From an uncultured Candidatus Saccharibacteria bacterium (lineage in GTDB: Bacteria > Patescibacteriota > UBA1384 > CAILIB01 > JAUSJZ01), in NCBI GenBank assembly GCA_964421635.1, contig CAYQWZ010000003.1, positions 1,712 to 65,711 of the forward strand: a stretch of DNA of 64,000 nt. The letters are read 5' to 3'. The position numbers and the translations under genes were made by a program. Of this stretch, positions 8,746 to 17,431 are shown piece after piece (position 1 is the first letter of the stretch; the number at the start of each line of letters is the position of its first letter). A model generated the notes under the pieces. That model saw nothing but the letters and a program-made list of their open reading frames with translations, searched no databases and was not told the DNA's origin.

Positions 8746-10257
8746 ATGGCAGCACAGATAGCATCCAGTGGCGCTCAAGTCATTGCGGTGCACGGATACA
8801 CACCTGAACAAACTGCGACCGCTTTAGCTATGATCTCGCGTACTACTTACCCAATACTAAAAGTATTGGCAGAAGTTACTGGGGGCAAAGCTCTAGAATT
8901 CTTTGAGAAATATTTTGTTAACTATGGTCATGCTTCCATTGCCGATATGGCCACGATAGTGTTTGTTTGTGAAGGTATTTCTCAGATTAGCGCTTGGGAG
9001 CTTTGGTTTGAATATTTAGCTGGTGGGCAAGAAAAATCGACTCGGTATGGAGATTTCGGTAATAAGTCGGCTATTACCATACCTCCAGAGATTATACTAG
9101 CCGGAAAAGAAGACACATATATGAGAATTGCTGAAGGATTGCTTGTTCAATATCGTTTTTGGCTTGAAACAGTCTTTGAGCGTTATAGAACGAGCATTCC
9201 AAAGCCAGACGGAATGAGCGACAGACAGTACGAGAGTACTCTCAGGGCGCGCGCTTTCGATGTTGCTCGTTACTGGCTGTTTGGTGGAATTAAGACTACT
9301 GTTGCTCAAGTAATGAGCATTCGTATTTTGGAACGGCAGCTTTGTCGTATGATGGCTTCACCTTATTCTGAGGTGCGAAAGCTGGCGGAGCAGATTCGAG
9401 TGGCTACTATGGAGGTTCCCCCACACACTCCTGAAGGAATGGAGAGTGTTTACACTGAGCCCGTGGCTGCTTCGTTAGTCAGACATATTGAAGCCAACCA
9501 ATTCCTGATCAACCTAGGAAACAAGCGTTATCGATGCGCCGAGCCATATGATAGAGGCTTTGATTATCAAGACTTGAGCTTGGTCGAATCGACCTTCTTA
9601 TATGATTGTGATCCGTTGGTGCTGCAGGCTTCTTTGCTTGTTTACGAAGGGGCAACTGTGCCACTAAGTTACATTATGAAACAGGTTGCGCAAGAGAGTC
9701 GAAGCAGTGTTGAAGCGATGATTCACTTCTATCTTCAAGATAGGGGGCCGCACGATGAACTGCCTTTGGCCATGGCGGCTGCCCGCGAGTGTATGTTTGA
9801 AGTAAGACTTGATCGCGGAGCAGCTCGAGACTTTCATCGACATCGGGCTGGGGTGCAGCTACATCAACGCATTGGTGGGCATCTTGGCTTTGCTATACCC
9901 GATGTTGTGGTTCAGATGGGTCTTGATGATAGGTGGGCTCACACTATGAGAGAGACAATTAAGTTAGTAGACCAACTAAGAGGAACTTTGTTTAATATGT
10001 TTGCTGGCCAGCGTTTGGACTACGGAGCAGACTATCTTTACCCGTTTGCTTGTCGGCAGGCTAGCATTTACGCAGGTGATACAAGGGCGATGACTTATCT
10101 TTGTGAATTGCGCACCAAGCCTGCAGGCCACTTCTCTTACCGCGAAGCTGCTTGGATGATGTGGCAGCAGATGTGCGAAAGGTTCCCTTGGATGGAATCT
10201 GAGGGTCGGGCTATTCCCTTCGCTCCTGACTCTGAAATTGATATCTTTCAGCGGTAG
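8746..10257 (+). CDS. thyX: FAD-dependent thymidylate synthase, tandem-domain ThyX type
   Basis: YGHASIAD, QEKSTRY, DVARY, RDFHRHR, LCELRT..GHFSYR; SD AAGGAGG before ATG 8746. Confidence 0.88.
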   Translation: MAAQIASSGAQVIAVHGYTPEQTATALAMISRTTYPILKVLAEVTGGKALEFFEKYFVNYGHASIADMATIVFVCEGISQISAWELWFEYLAGGQEKSTRYGDFGNKSAITIPPEIILAGKEDTYMRIAEGLLVQYRFWLETVFERYRTSIPKPDGMSDRQYESTLRARAFDVARYWLFGGIKTTVAQVMSIRILERQLCRMMASPYSEVRKLAEQIRVATMEVPPHTPEGMESVYTEPVAASLVRHIEANQFLINLGNKRYRCAEPYDRGFDYQDLSLVESTFLYDCDPLVLQASLLVYEGATVPLSYIMKQVAQESRSSVEAMIHFYLQDRGPHDELPLAMAAARECMFEVRLDRGAARDFHRHRAGVQLHQRIGGHLGFAIPDVVVQMGLDDRWAHTMRETIKLVDQLRGTLFNMFAGQRLDYGADYLYPFACRQASIYAGDTRAMTYLCELRTKPAGHFSYREAAWMMWQQMCERFPWMESEGRAIPFAPDSEIDIFQR

Positions 10258-10351
10258 CTTCGGCTATCACAAACCCTACCCACTCAAAGTTGTCCGTACG
10301 ACAGGGTGGGTTTTTTTATGAGATATTAAATGCAATAAGTAACAATTTATT

Positions 10352-11167
10352 ATGGCTAATCCAGAAATGCCTTCTAGGCACGAAGGTGAAGTTGACGAAG
10401 CGGAAATTAAGAAATTAGGATTAATAAGTAGTATAGCTGAACTAATACGCACCTCACCTTACGGCAAACAAATCCTTGCAGTTATTGCGGCGGGAGTAGC
10501 ATCAGTTGGTGCTCCAAAGCCGGCAGAAGCAATGACGGCGGTAGAAGAGAAAATGCAGGCAGCTCTTACCTACAGAGTGACCAGCCAAGTTGTCGGATTA
10601 GCAGAAGGAGAAAGGCTACAACCAACCCAAGATCTACGCGAAGCAATGGAAAGATCGCGCAATGCAGTGTTAAGTGAATATTTACAATTGGCTGATGACC
10701 AGGAAGTGGCTAAACGTTTTTACGAGAGAGCTTCCGAAATATTAGATAGTGTCAAACTAAGTGAAGAGATTGATGAGGAAGCAAAACTGTCTCTACTAGA
10801 TTACATGACCATTAATGTTATGTTGGCGACTGGCGAATCACCAAGTAATTTAATTAAGGAAGATGGGCCAACAACAACGGATGAGCAGGGAACAGGCTGG
10901 CTAGACAACAATCAGCTGAAGGTAAAAGACTTGATGGATCATATTACAATTTTACGCAATGAACCTAGCCCAATAAGTGGTCGATCCCTTGAGGATATCG
11001 CAAATGTTGCCAAAGGCATTGATAAGCAGAACGAAAAAGATTTTCGTCATTTAATGAACCAAGCAGATATTGAATGGGCCATAGCTGCGCTAGCACTAGA
11101 ACTTAATGATGAAGAGGATGCTGAAGAGCGCTATTCAGCTGTTCTTGAAAACGAACCTCCAGCTTAA
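10352..11167 (+). CDS. Acidic hypothetical protein with a hydrophobic, signal-like segment
   Basis: 271-aa ORF followed by inverted repeat 11181-11219. Confidence 0.7.
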   Translation: MANPEMPSRHEGEVDEAEIKKLGLISSIAELIRTSPYGKQILAVIAAGVASVGAPKPAEAMTAVEEKMQAALTYRVTSQVVGLAEGERLQPTQDLREAMERSRNAVLSEYLQLADDQEVAKRFYERASEILDSVKLSEEIDEEAKLSLLDYMTINVMLATGESPSNLIKEDGPTTTDEQGTGWLDNNQLKVKDLMDHITILRNEPSPISGRSLEDIANVAKGIDKQNEKDFRHLMNQADIEWAIAALALELNDEEDAEERYSAVLENEPPA

Positions 11168-11220
11168 AAAATAGATAAATTAAAAATACCCTTTATTTGT
11201 ATAAGAAGGGTATTTTTATT

Positions 11221-11310
11221 TGGCGGAGAGGGTGGGATTCGAACCCACGAGACCCGTGAAGGCCTAACGGTTTTCAAGACCGTCCTATTCAACCACTCTA
11301 GCACCTCTCC
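11221..11310 (-). tRNA. tRNA-Ser(TGA)
   Basis: GGAGAGG acceptor, anticodon loop CT-TGA-AA, long variable arm, TTCGAAT, encoded CCA. Confidence 0.95.
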
Positions 11311-11381
11311 ATAATTAAATTGTACTCGAAAGTACCTAGGTAGTTTAGCCGAAAAGGGCTAAATTGTCCATACCAAAGGGC

Positions 11382-12389
11382 TTAGCTTTGCGGGTTTGAA
11401 TATTTTCGCACCAAGTACTTTTTTTGAACAGTGAAGCTGCCCCAACCAAGTAACATAATAATAATTCCACTAAAGACTAAAGCGAAGGTGACATCTGGGA
11501 AGATGCGGAAAGTTAGCCAAATTAGATAAACAGTTAAATAGATTGAGGAAACCGCATAGACCCACTTTTGACCCTGTCGAACTCCTAAATACATCATGCC
11601 AAGCGCCAACAGCGGAAAGACCATAGAGTATAGCGCACTACCATAGACGAAAGAGAAAAACCCTCCGAGCACAGTAATTGAGCCGAAAAACTGAAGGATT
11701 GAACCGAAACGAGGCCATCCTTTATGCATTTTAGAAGAGAAATAATTTCCGACAGTCATCACAATTGCGCCATGGAAAATGACCTCGTAAGTTATAAGTG
11801 TTTGGTTGAGGTTGATATTTTGATTAAGTAAAGTTGTAATAACACCTAGTAAATACAGCGCCCATGCAGTGCCTACTACCAAATAGACCTCTGTTTTTCG
11901 CAGAAACAACATTGGCAAATATATTAGGGACATTAAAGTTGCCAATACAGCCTGCATGCTTAAAGCTTCTATATCGACGCCCATTTCGTAGAATAAGATA
12001 TTCAAGCCAAGAGGCAGGGCAAAGATTGCAATAATATGGATGGCGTTGGAAATCTTAACATTGGTATTTCTATTCTCTAACAAAACAGCCGTGATAAAAG
12101 CAATAACTCCGGTGCCTAAAGTTACCAATACTCTCAGAAAAGAACCTAGAGCCTCCCAGTTCTCGCCGATAACGACAGATATTCCAATAGCAATTAAAAT
12201 AGCGCCAATATAAAAAAACGCTTCTGTAATTTTATTAGAGGAGGATTTATCTTTTACTTCTTCAAGGCCGGACATTTCTGCTACTGAATTATCTGTGGAG
12301 AAAGAAGAAAGAGAAGCTAAATCGCTACTCGTAATTGTGCCCTCACTCAAACCTCTTTTTATCTCTTGCAGTAAATAGTTTTTATCCAT
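11382..12389 (-). CDS. Multi-pass membrane protein, DUF2157-like
   Basis: N-terminal G.IT motif, YIGAILIAIGI...GENW, about 10 TM segments. Confidence 0.7.
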   Translation of the reverse strand: MDKNYLLQEIKRGLSEGTITSSDLASLSSFSTDNSVAEMSGLEEVKDKSSSNKITEAFFYIGAILIAIGISVVIGENWEALGSFLRVLVTLGTGVIAFITAVLLENRNTNVKISNAIHIIAIFALPLGLNILFYEMGVDIEALSMQAVLATLMSLIYLPMLFLRKTEVYLVVGTAWALYLLGVITTLLNQNINLNQTLITYEVIFHGAIVMTVGNYFSSKMHKGWPRFGSILQFFGSITVLGGFFSFVYGSALYSMVFPLLALGMMYLGVRQGQKWVYAVSSIYLTVYLIWLTFRIFPDVTFALVFSGIIIMLLGWGSFTVQKKYLVRKYSNPQS

Positions 12390-12402
12390 AGTGTTTTAGT
12401 TT

Positions 12403-12942
12403 TTAATCAGTTATTACCCAACCTAAGAAATTAAAATCGTAGCTACTGTCGGTGTCGATTTCAATTTTATCTTTAGCGAAATCCTTAATTAAATATACAT
12501 CTTTGTAAGAGCTGTAAGAGCCACCGATTAATACTTCGTTTACTAATCCGCCGCGGTAGCTTGCGCCGTCGATTTTGTAGCCATCGGGAGCCGTTGATTC
12601 ATTTGAAAGTTCAAGCTTATTAGCCTCAGCTGCAGTTAAAGTTATACTTTTCTTTTCTCTAACCAGATATCTTTTTATCTCAACTGAGTTCAGATCAATT
12701 TCTGGTAAATCAGCGTCTAACAGCTTGGAGTTATAGTTGTAGTTATGTGGAGTAGCGGTGATTCTTCCGCCCTTGCTGCTGAGCTGGTAGCCAGCGTTAT
12801 AAGCTCTGTCAGTGCTGTAAATAAAATCGTACTGCGGGGATGACATAAAACTTGGAATAAAGTAAAAAGCAGATAAAATTACGACAAAAACCACGGGTAA
12901 TGAGATAGCCCAAAAGAGTTTCCAATCAAACCTATTATTCAT
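12403..12942 (-). CDS. Hypothetical protein with N-terminal membrane anchor
   Basis: TM followed by PQYDFIY...FLGWV; co-oriented with the DUF2157-like gene. Confidence 0.75.
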   Translation of the reverse strand: MNNRFDWKLFWAISLPVVFVVILSAFYFIPSFMSSPQYDFIYSTDRAYNAGYQLSSKGGRITATPHNYNYNSKLLDADLPEIDLNSVEIKRYLVREKKSITLTAAEANKLELSNESTAPDGYKIDGASYRGGLVNEVLIGGSYSSYKDVYLIKDFAKDKIEIDTDSSYDFNFLGWVITD

Positions 12943-12996
12943 AGTAAATAAATTACTTCTGTCTGAATTGTATCAAATTGAAACCGGAAGGGGCAA

Positions 12997-13824
12997 TTAT
13001 TTGCTAGGGCGACGGACAGTAATTTCAATGCCGCGTTTAGAGCTTTTCTCTTCGCTGGTCGAATCTTTAGATTTTGAATTTGATGATTCAGACAGAGCTT
13101 TGGTATGTTTATGAGTTTTTGGTGGCTCCAAGCTTGAAGCGTGAACGACATCTGTCTTAGAGCGATTAACTAGAACTTGTTGGAAGATGCCGAAAATGGT
13201 TGTTACTACCCAGTATAAAACAACACCCGCGTTTACTTTTTGGGCAATCATAAAGGTCATAAAAGCGAAGAAGTACATAATTCCCATGCCCTGAGTTTTC
13301 TGTCCGCGCTTCTTGTTGACCGCCATAGTGGCTAAAATTTGAATGAACTGGAAGCCAGCGGCCAGCACAGGCAGAATATAAGTGGTGTCGACTTGAGATA
13401 AATTTATGCCGAATAAAAATTGATTAATAAACTCTGGCTGCGGCACAAATGAGTACAGTTGAGACATAGTCTCTGGGGCGAATCCTCCTTGCAGCACACG
13501 ATATAAAATAATAAGGATTGGTAGCTGAATAAGCATTGGCAGACAAGAACCAAACGGGCTGATATTGTTTTTTTGGTAGAGCTCCATGGTAGCTTTGGCC
13601 TGCTCTTGTTGATCTTTGTACTCTTTGCGGATAGTTTCAATTTCGGGCTGTAAGACCTGCAGTTTCTTCTGGTTTTCAAGGGCGTGACGGTTGGGAATAA
13701 GCAAAATAAATCTGATTATCAAAGTAACTACAACAATAGCTAAAGCAGAGCTGTGTCCCGGCATAACAGCAATTAAAAAGACCAGTAGGTTGAAGAACGG
13801 AATGTAAATAAACTGTTTTAACAT
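12997..13824 (-). CDS. yidC: Membrane protein insertase YidC/Oxa1
   Basis: TLIIRFIL.P, LQPEI, MELY, SCLPMLIQLPI, LYW. Confidence 0.95.
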   Translation of the reverse strand: MLKQFIYIPFFNLLVFLIAVMPGHSSALAIVVVTLIIRFILLIPNRHALENQKKLQVLQPEIETIRKEYKDQQEQAKATMELYQKNNISPFGSCLPMLIQLPILIILYRVLQGGFAPETMSQLYSFVPQPEFINQFLFGINLSQVDTTYILPVLAAGFQFIQILATMAVNKKRGQKTQGMGIMYFFAFMTFMIAQKVNAGVVLYWVVTTIFGIFQQVLVNRSKTDVVHASSLEPPKTHKHTKALSESSNSKSKDSTSEEKSSKRGIEITVRRPSK

Positions 13825-13827
13825 AAA

Positions 13828-14067
13828 TTATTTTTTGGGGACCTCGTCTACGCCACCTTTATTCCAAGGGTTGCAGCGTAGCACTCTCTTGCTTCCTAAA
13901 TAACTGCCTTTTATAATACCAAAGCGGTCAATAGCTTGGTAGGTGTAATGGCTACAAGTAGGATGAAAACGGCAATAACCGTTGGGATTCATTCTTTTAA
14001 ACCAGCCATGGTCAGGTGATAAGGTGCGCTGATATAAAACAATCAAGCCCAAGACAAGCTTTTTCAT
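13828..14067 (-). CDS. yidD: Membrane protein insertion efficiency factor YidD
   Basis: YQRTLSP, CRFHPTCS.Y, RCNPW..GG.D. Confidence 0.95.
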   Translation of the reverse strand: MKKLVLGLIVLYQRTLSPDHGWFKRMNPNGYCRFHPTCSHYTYQAIDRFGIIKGSYLGSKRVLRCNPWNKGGVDEVPKK

Positions 14068-14068
14068 A

Positions 14069-14410
14069 CTATCTTATTTTCTTAATCAGTGCCGATAAAT
14101 TATCGACTAAAACTTCGAACGGCAGATCTAAAACTTTCTCTTTCGGAAAAATCACTAAGTCGAAACCAGCCGGCATCTGCAGACTCTTCAGGGCTGCCCT
14201 TGTTCGTCTTTTAATGCGATTACGAGTGACTGCACCTTTGGCAACTTTCTTGCCAACGACGACGGTTGAACGGGTCGGTAGAGCCTGCTCATTATTGTTT
14301 TTATTGAGCTGCCAATAAATTTTGAAATGGGGAGCAATTTGGCGCTCACCAAATTTAACTACCTTTTGTATATCGACAGATCTTCGGAGTCGAAAATTTC
14401 GTGCTAGCAT
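14069..14410 (-). CDS. rnpA: RNase P protein component
   Basis: VGKKVAKGAVTRNRIKRR motif; rpmH-rnpA-yidD-yidC order. Confidence 0.95.
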   Translation of the reverse strand: MLARNFRLRRSVDIQKVVKFGERQIAPHFKIYWQLNKNNNEQALPTRSTVVVGKKVAKGAVTRNRIKRRTRAALKSLQMPAGFDLVIFPKEKVLDLPFEVLVDNLSALIKKIR

Positions 14411-14413
14411 TAT

Positions 14414-14668
14414 TTATGCTTGTTTTGCAGGGGCTTTGTTAGCAGGGGCTTTAACTTGGCTTTTGCCTAATCCTTTTACACGACGAGCTCTTTTCAGGCT
14501 AATTCTGGTAGCTACATATTTGCGGTTTTCATTGGACACGCTCAATTTAGCTCGACCTTTCTTGCGGCGAGATGCCAAAACAGCCCGACCATTCTTAGTT
14601 TTCATTCTTTCGCGAAAACCGTGTGTGCGGACTCTTTTTCGTTTGTTAGGTTTAAAAGATAATTTCAT
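14414..14668 (-). CDS. rpmH: 50S ribosomal protein L34 with a basic C-terminal extension
   Basis: [42 protein letters not shown], then about 40 extra residues. Confidence 0.95.
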   Translation of the reverse strand: MKLSFKPNKRKRVRTHGFRERMKTKNGRAVLASRRKKGRAKLSVSNENRKYVATRISLKRARRVKGLGKSQVKAPANKAPAKQA

Positions 14669-14677
14669 TACCTGTAA

Positions 14678-14706
14678 ATGCTAGCTTATTTGGTCATTCT
14701 TTGCAA
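14678..14706 (-). promoter_or_regulatory. Sigma70-type promoter of the rpmH operon (near-leaderless)
   Basis: TTGCAA-17bp-TAGCAT, 9 nt from the ATG. Confidence 0.6.
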
Positions 14707-14741
14707 CTATTTAGCAATATTTTAAGGTTTTATATAGTACC

Positions 14742-14770
14742 TTGACAAAAGGGGAATATTAAGGTACAAT
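14742..14770 (+). promoter_or_regulatory. Consensus sigma70 promoter
   Basis: TTGACA-17bp-TACAAT, followed by SD AGGAGGTG. Confidence 0.75.
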
Positions 14771-14794
14771 ACTGGCAATCAGGAGGTGTTTAGA

Positions 14795-15166
14795 GTGTCT
14801 AAGAAACGAGTTGTGCTGGCCGCCTTCGGCGCGGTCGTCCTCCTGGTGGTGTGCGCCGTACTTGCTTCGCAACTGATCGATAATGGTCATAAGCTGAGGC
14901 AAGTCCAGTATGTGCCCCTGCCCGGGGTAGCGTACAAGTACTCCACGTTTCATAAGGAAGAGCCGATACGGCTGAGTTACAGCGACAGAACGATCATTCT
15001 GTCAGTTCGCCGAAAGGACTTCCTACCACTTCCGGCTAGTCGAATCTGGTCGAAAGAACAGGTCATGAAACCGGGGTGGACGTACTTCACCGTCGTGTGG
15101 AACCACCAAGACAAATCATTTCAACGATTTGATATCGAGGTGGAACCGCTCGAGCAAGACCCGTGA
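14795..15166 (+). CDS. Hypothetical exported or membrane-anchored protein
   Basis: GTG start after SD; signal-like N-terminus; GC-richer than flanks; terminator 15167-15196. Confidence 0.7.
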   Translation: MSKKRVVLAAFGAVVLLVVCAVLASQLIDNGHKLRQVQYVPLPGVAYKYSTFHKEEPIRLSYSDRTIILSVRRKDFLPLPASRIWSKEQVMKPGWTYFTVVWNHQDKSFQRFDIEVEPLEQDP

Positions 15167-15196
15167 GCGGCCGCGTTGTACGCGGCCGCTTTTCTT

Positions 15197-17377
15197 TTAC
15201 CAAATATTCCAGATGTCGTCGATATAGTCTAAAGAGTAGTCTATAACTGCTACAAAAGTGTCATACATAAAATCAAGTGGATCCATTGAGATATAGTCGA
15301 GTGGCTCATTAAAGTATTCCTTTTCAGGGCTAGGTTTATATAAGTAGTCTATGTTGGTAGCCGGGTCACTATAAACCACAGGGTCTGGTTCGAGATTAAA
15401 GAAATCTGTTAGAAATGGTTCTTCATATGTTGGTGCATATTCCGGTAATTCTGTTATTTCTTGAAGATCAAAAGCAGTTATCTCTTCAGTAAAAATATTT
15501 TCATCTGGACTCCAATCATTTATTTCGGTAAACCATTTATAATCATCTCCTACTGGTTTAAATGTCATTTCTGGCTCGGACACTATCTCGCTGTATTCAT
15601 CTTCAAACACCGAGCTGGTTTCAGTTTCCGGAATGCTTGTTGTTGGTTCTGAATTTGTACTTTGAGTTGCAGAGGTTCCTTGTTCGTTGCCACTCTCTTC
15701 ACTTTGATCTTCAGATTCTGATTTTGAATCGGTATTTTCAGCTGTCGACATAGTAGTTGCATCTGTTTTACTAGGAGGATAATTTTCAAATTCATCGGCT
15801 AAGGCAATGAAGTCATTGTCTGTATGATTGATTTTAGCAATCTGTTTTACTACCACACCCCAGCGAGGCAGGTCCTTTAATTCTGACGAGGTTAAATTAG
15901 ATGTGTTTAAATCTAATTCGATATCTTTAACATTGCCGTAATTAACATAAAAGGTCGCCAGAGCTCCTCCACCCGTCATTTCTTCAAATTCTCTGTTTTC
16001 GGCTCCTTCTTCTAAAGACATTAGGGCCCACGGTTCGTGGTTATTGCTACCATAACCTACATCATTCCAAGGAATAGAAGCTCTATAAACAGCGAACTTA
16101 GAAACTGGAGCGTCTTCGACGCTTATTCCCTCCCCGATTTCTCCAAGTTTAGGAAAATAGTCTTTGATTGGCAGAACAACCCGATATCCCTCTTTTTCCG
16201 ATCCTTCTATAACAGAATTAGAGGCAAAAAAGTCCCAGCCACTAGCTAATAAATTACCGTGATAGCCAGTCGGGCACCATTGACCAAAGTAGTAAGAATA
16301 GTTACCATCCATTCCCAGAAGCGCCAAGTTAGTATCGGTAGAACCCTCCTTACTCTCGTACTGTCCGTTTCCATCTTTACGATTGTATCTAACCCAGGTC
16401 TCATCACCGTGGTACCCATCAGCTCCTGAAACAGAAATTTCGTAAGGACCTATCGGTTTAGCAATTTCAGCCAACCACCAATAAGGGTGTCCATCTGTGT
16501 CGGTAAAGTCATGAATTTTGTCTGGGGGGATTGGATTTTTTTCATCTCCTTTACCTTCGACAATGCTTACTTTGGCATTAAGAGGGCCTTTAAACTTCTT
16601 TAACCCAGCTTTTTCGTCTATTATCCAAATATCAGACAGGCTAGTTTTGTGAAAAATCTCGTCGGTTGGATGAATATAACCAGCTAAGGGAATATCGGTT
16701 ACTATAATATTTTTGCCCTCGTGTTTATAGTCGATTAAAGCCTCTACTATGTCAGTAGTACTTCTAATACAACCAGCTGTGAAATTGATAAGGTTGTCAT
16801 CACCTGTGCTGTGAATCCCTATATGTCGACAATTGTTTTTTTCTGAATCTGTCTCAAGGCCGCAAAGCGAACTACCTTCGTCTACGGGTGTCCCTTCTAG
16901 ATCGATAAAGAACGGTCCAAAGGAGCCCTTTCTTGCTATTCCGTCGTTATAGGGGATAAATGTGCCATTGTGATTGGTTCCAGGGTTTCCATTTTCGTCT
17001 ACAGCATCTTGGCGATTGGTCCAAGCCTGTCCCATTTTGTACACACCAAGAGGGGTCATTCCTGTGAGGGATTCTTCGTTTGTAAAATAAGATTCTTCAC
17101 CAATATTTTCAAAGGTTGCGTTGGCTAATACAGCAGGAGCATTAATTATGACTACTCCATTTTCATTATAGGCAGTTAGTGTATGTTTAGGATTGCTTTT
17201 GTTTACATCTACCACAACCACCTCAATGTTATAATCAATATTTTCACAAACAGAGGAATCAAAAACATCGGCTGATGGTCTGACTAGTACATACTTAAAT
17301 AAAATAAATACACAGAGAGCTATTACGACACCCAAAACAGAGTAAAGTAACAGCCTCGAATTAATCCCTCTTTTCAT
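15197..17377 (-). CDS. Membrane-anchored protein with an L,D-transpeptidase (YkuD)-like domain and acidic Ser/Thr-rich C-terminus
   Basis: TPLGVY, FGPFFI, IGIHSTG...TAGCIR (H-x14-C catalytic motif). Confidence 0.75.
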   Translation of the reverse strand: MKRGINSRLLLYSVLGVVIALCVFILFKYVLVRPSADVFDSSVCENIDYNIEVVVVDVNKSNPKHTLTAYNENGVVIINAPAVLANATFENIGEESYFTNEESLTGMTPLGVYKMGQAWTNRQDAVDENGNPGTNHNGTFIPYNDGIARKGSFGPFFIDLEGTPVDEGSSLCGLETDSEKNNCRHIGIHSTGDDNLINFTAGCIRSTTDIVEALIDYKHEGKNIIVTDIPLAGYIHPTDEIFHKTSLSDIWIIDEKAGLKKFKGPLNAKVSIVEGKGDEKNPIPPDKIHDFTDTDGHPYWWLAEIAKPIGPYEISVSGADGYHGDETWVRYNRKDGNGQYESKEGSTDTNLALLGMDGNYSYYFGQWCPTGYHGNLLASGWDFFASNSVIEGSEKEGYRVVLPIKDYFPKLGEIGEGISVEDAPVSKFAVYRASIPWNDVGYGSNNHEPWALMSLEEGAENREFEEMTGGGALATFYVNYGNVKDIELDLNTSNLTSSELKDLPRWGVVVKQIAKINHTDNDFIALADEFENYPPSKTDATTMSTAENTDSKSESEDQSEESGNEQGTSATQSTNSEPTTSIPETETSSVFEDEYSEIVSEPEMTFKPVGDDYKWFTEINDWSPDENIFTEEITAFDLQEITELPEYAPTYEEPFLTDFFNLEPDPVVYSDPATNIDYLYKPSPEKEYFNEPLDYISMDPLDFMYDTFVAVIDYSLDYIDDIWNIW

Positions 17378-17431
17378 TTTATTAGTGTTTAAGACTTAGA
17401 CTTGTAAAATAATTTTATCACTATTACTACA

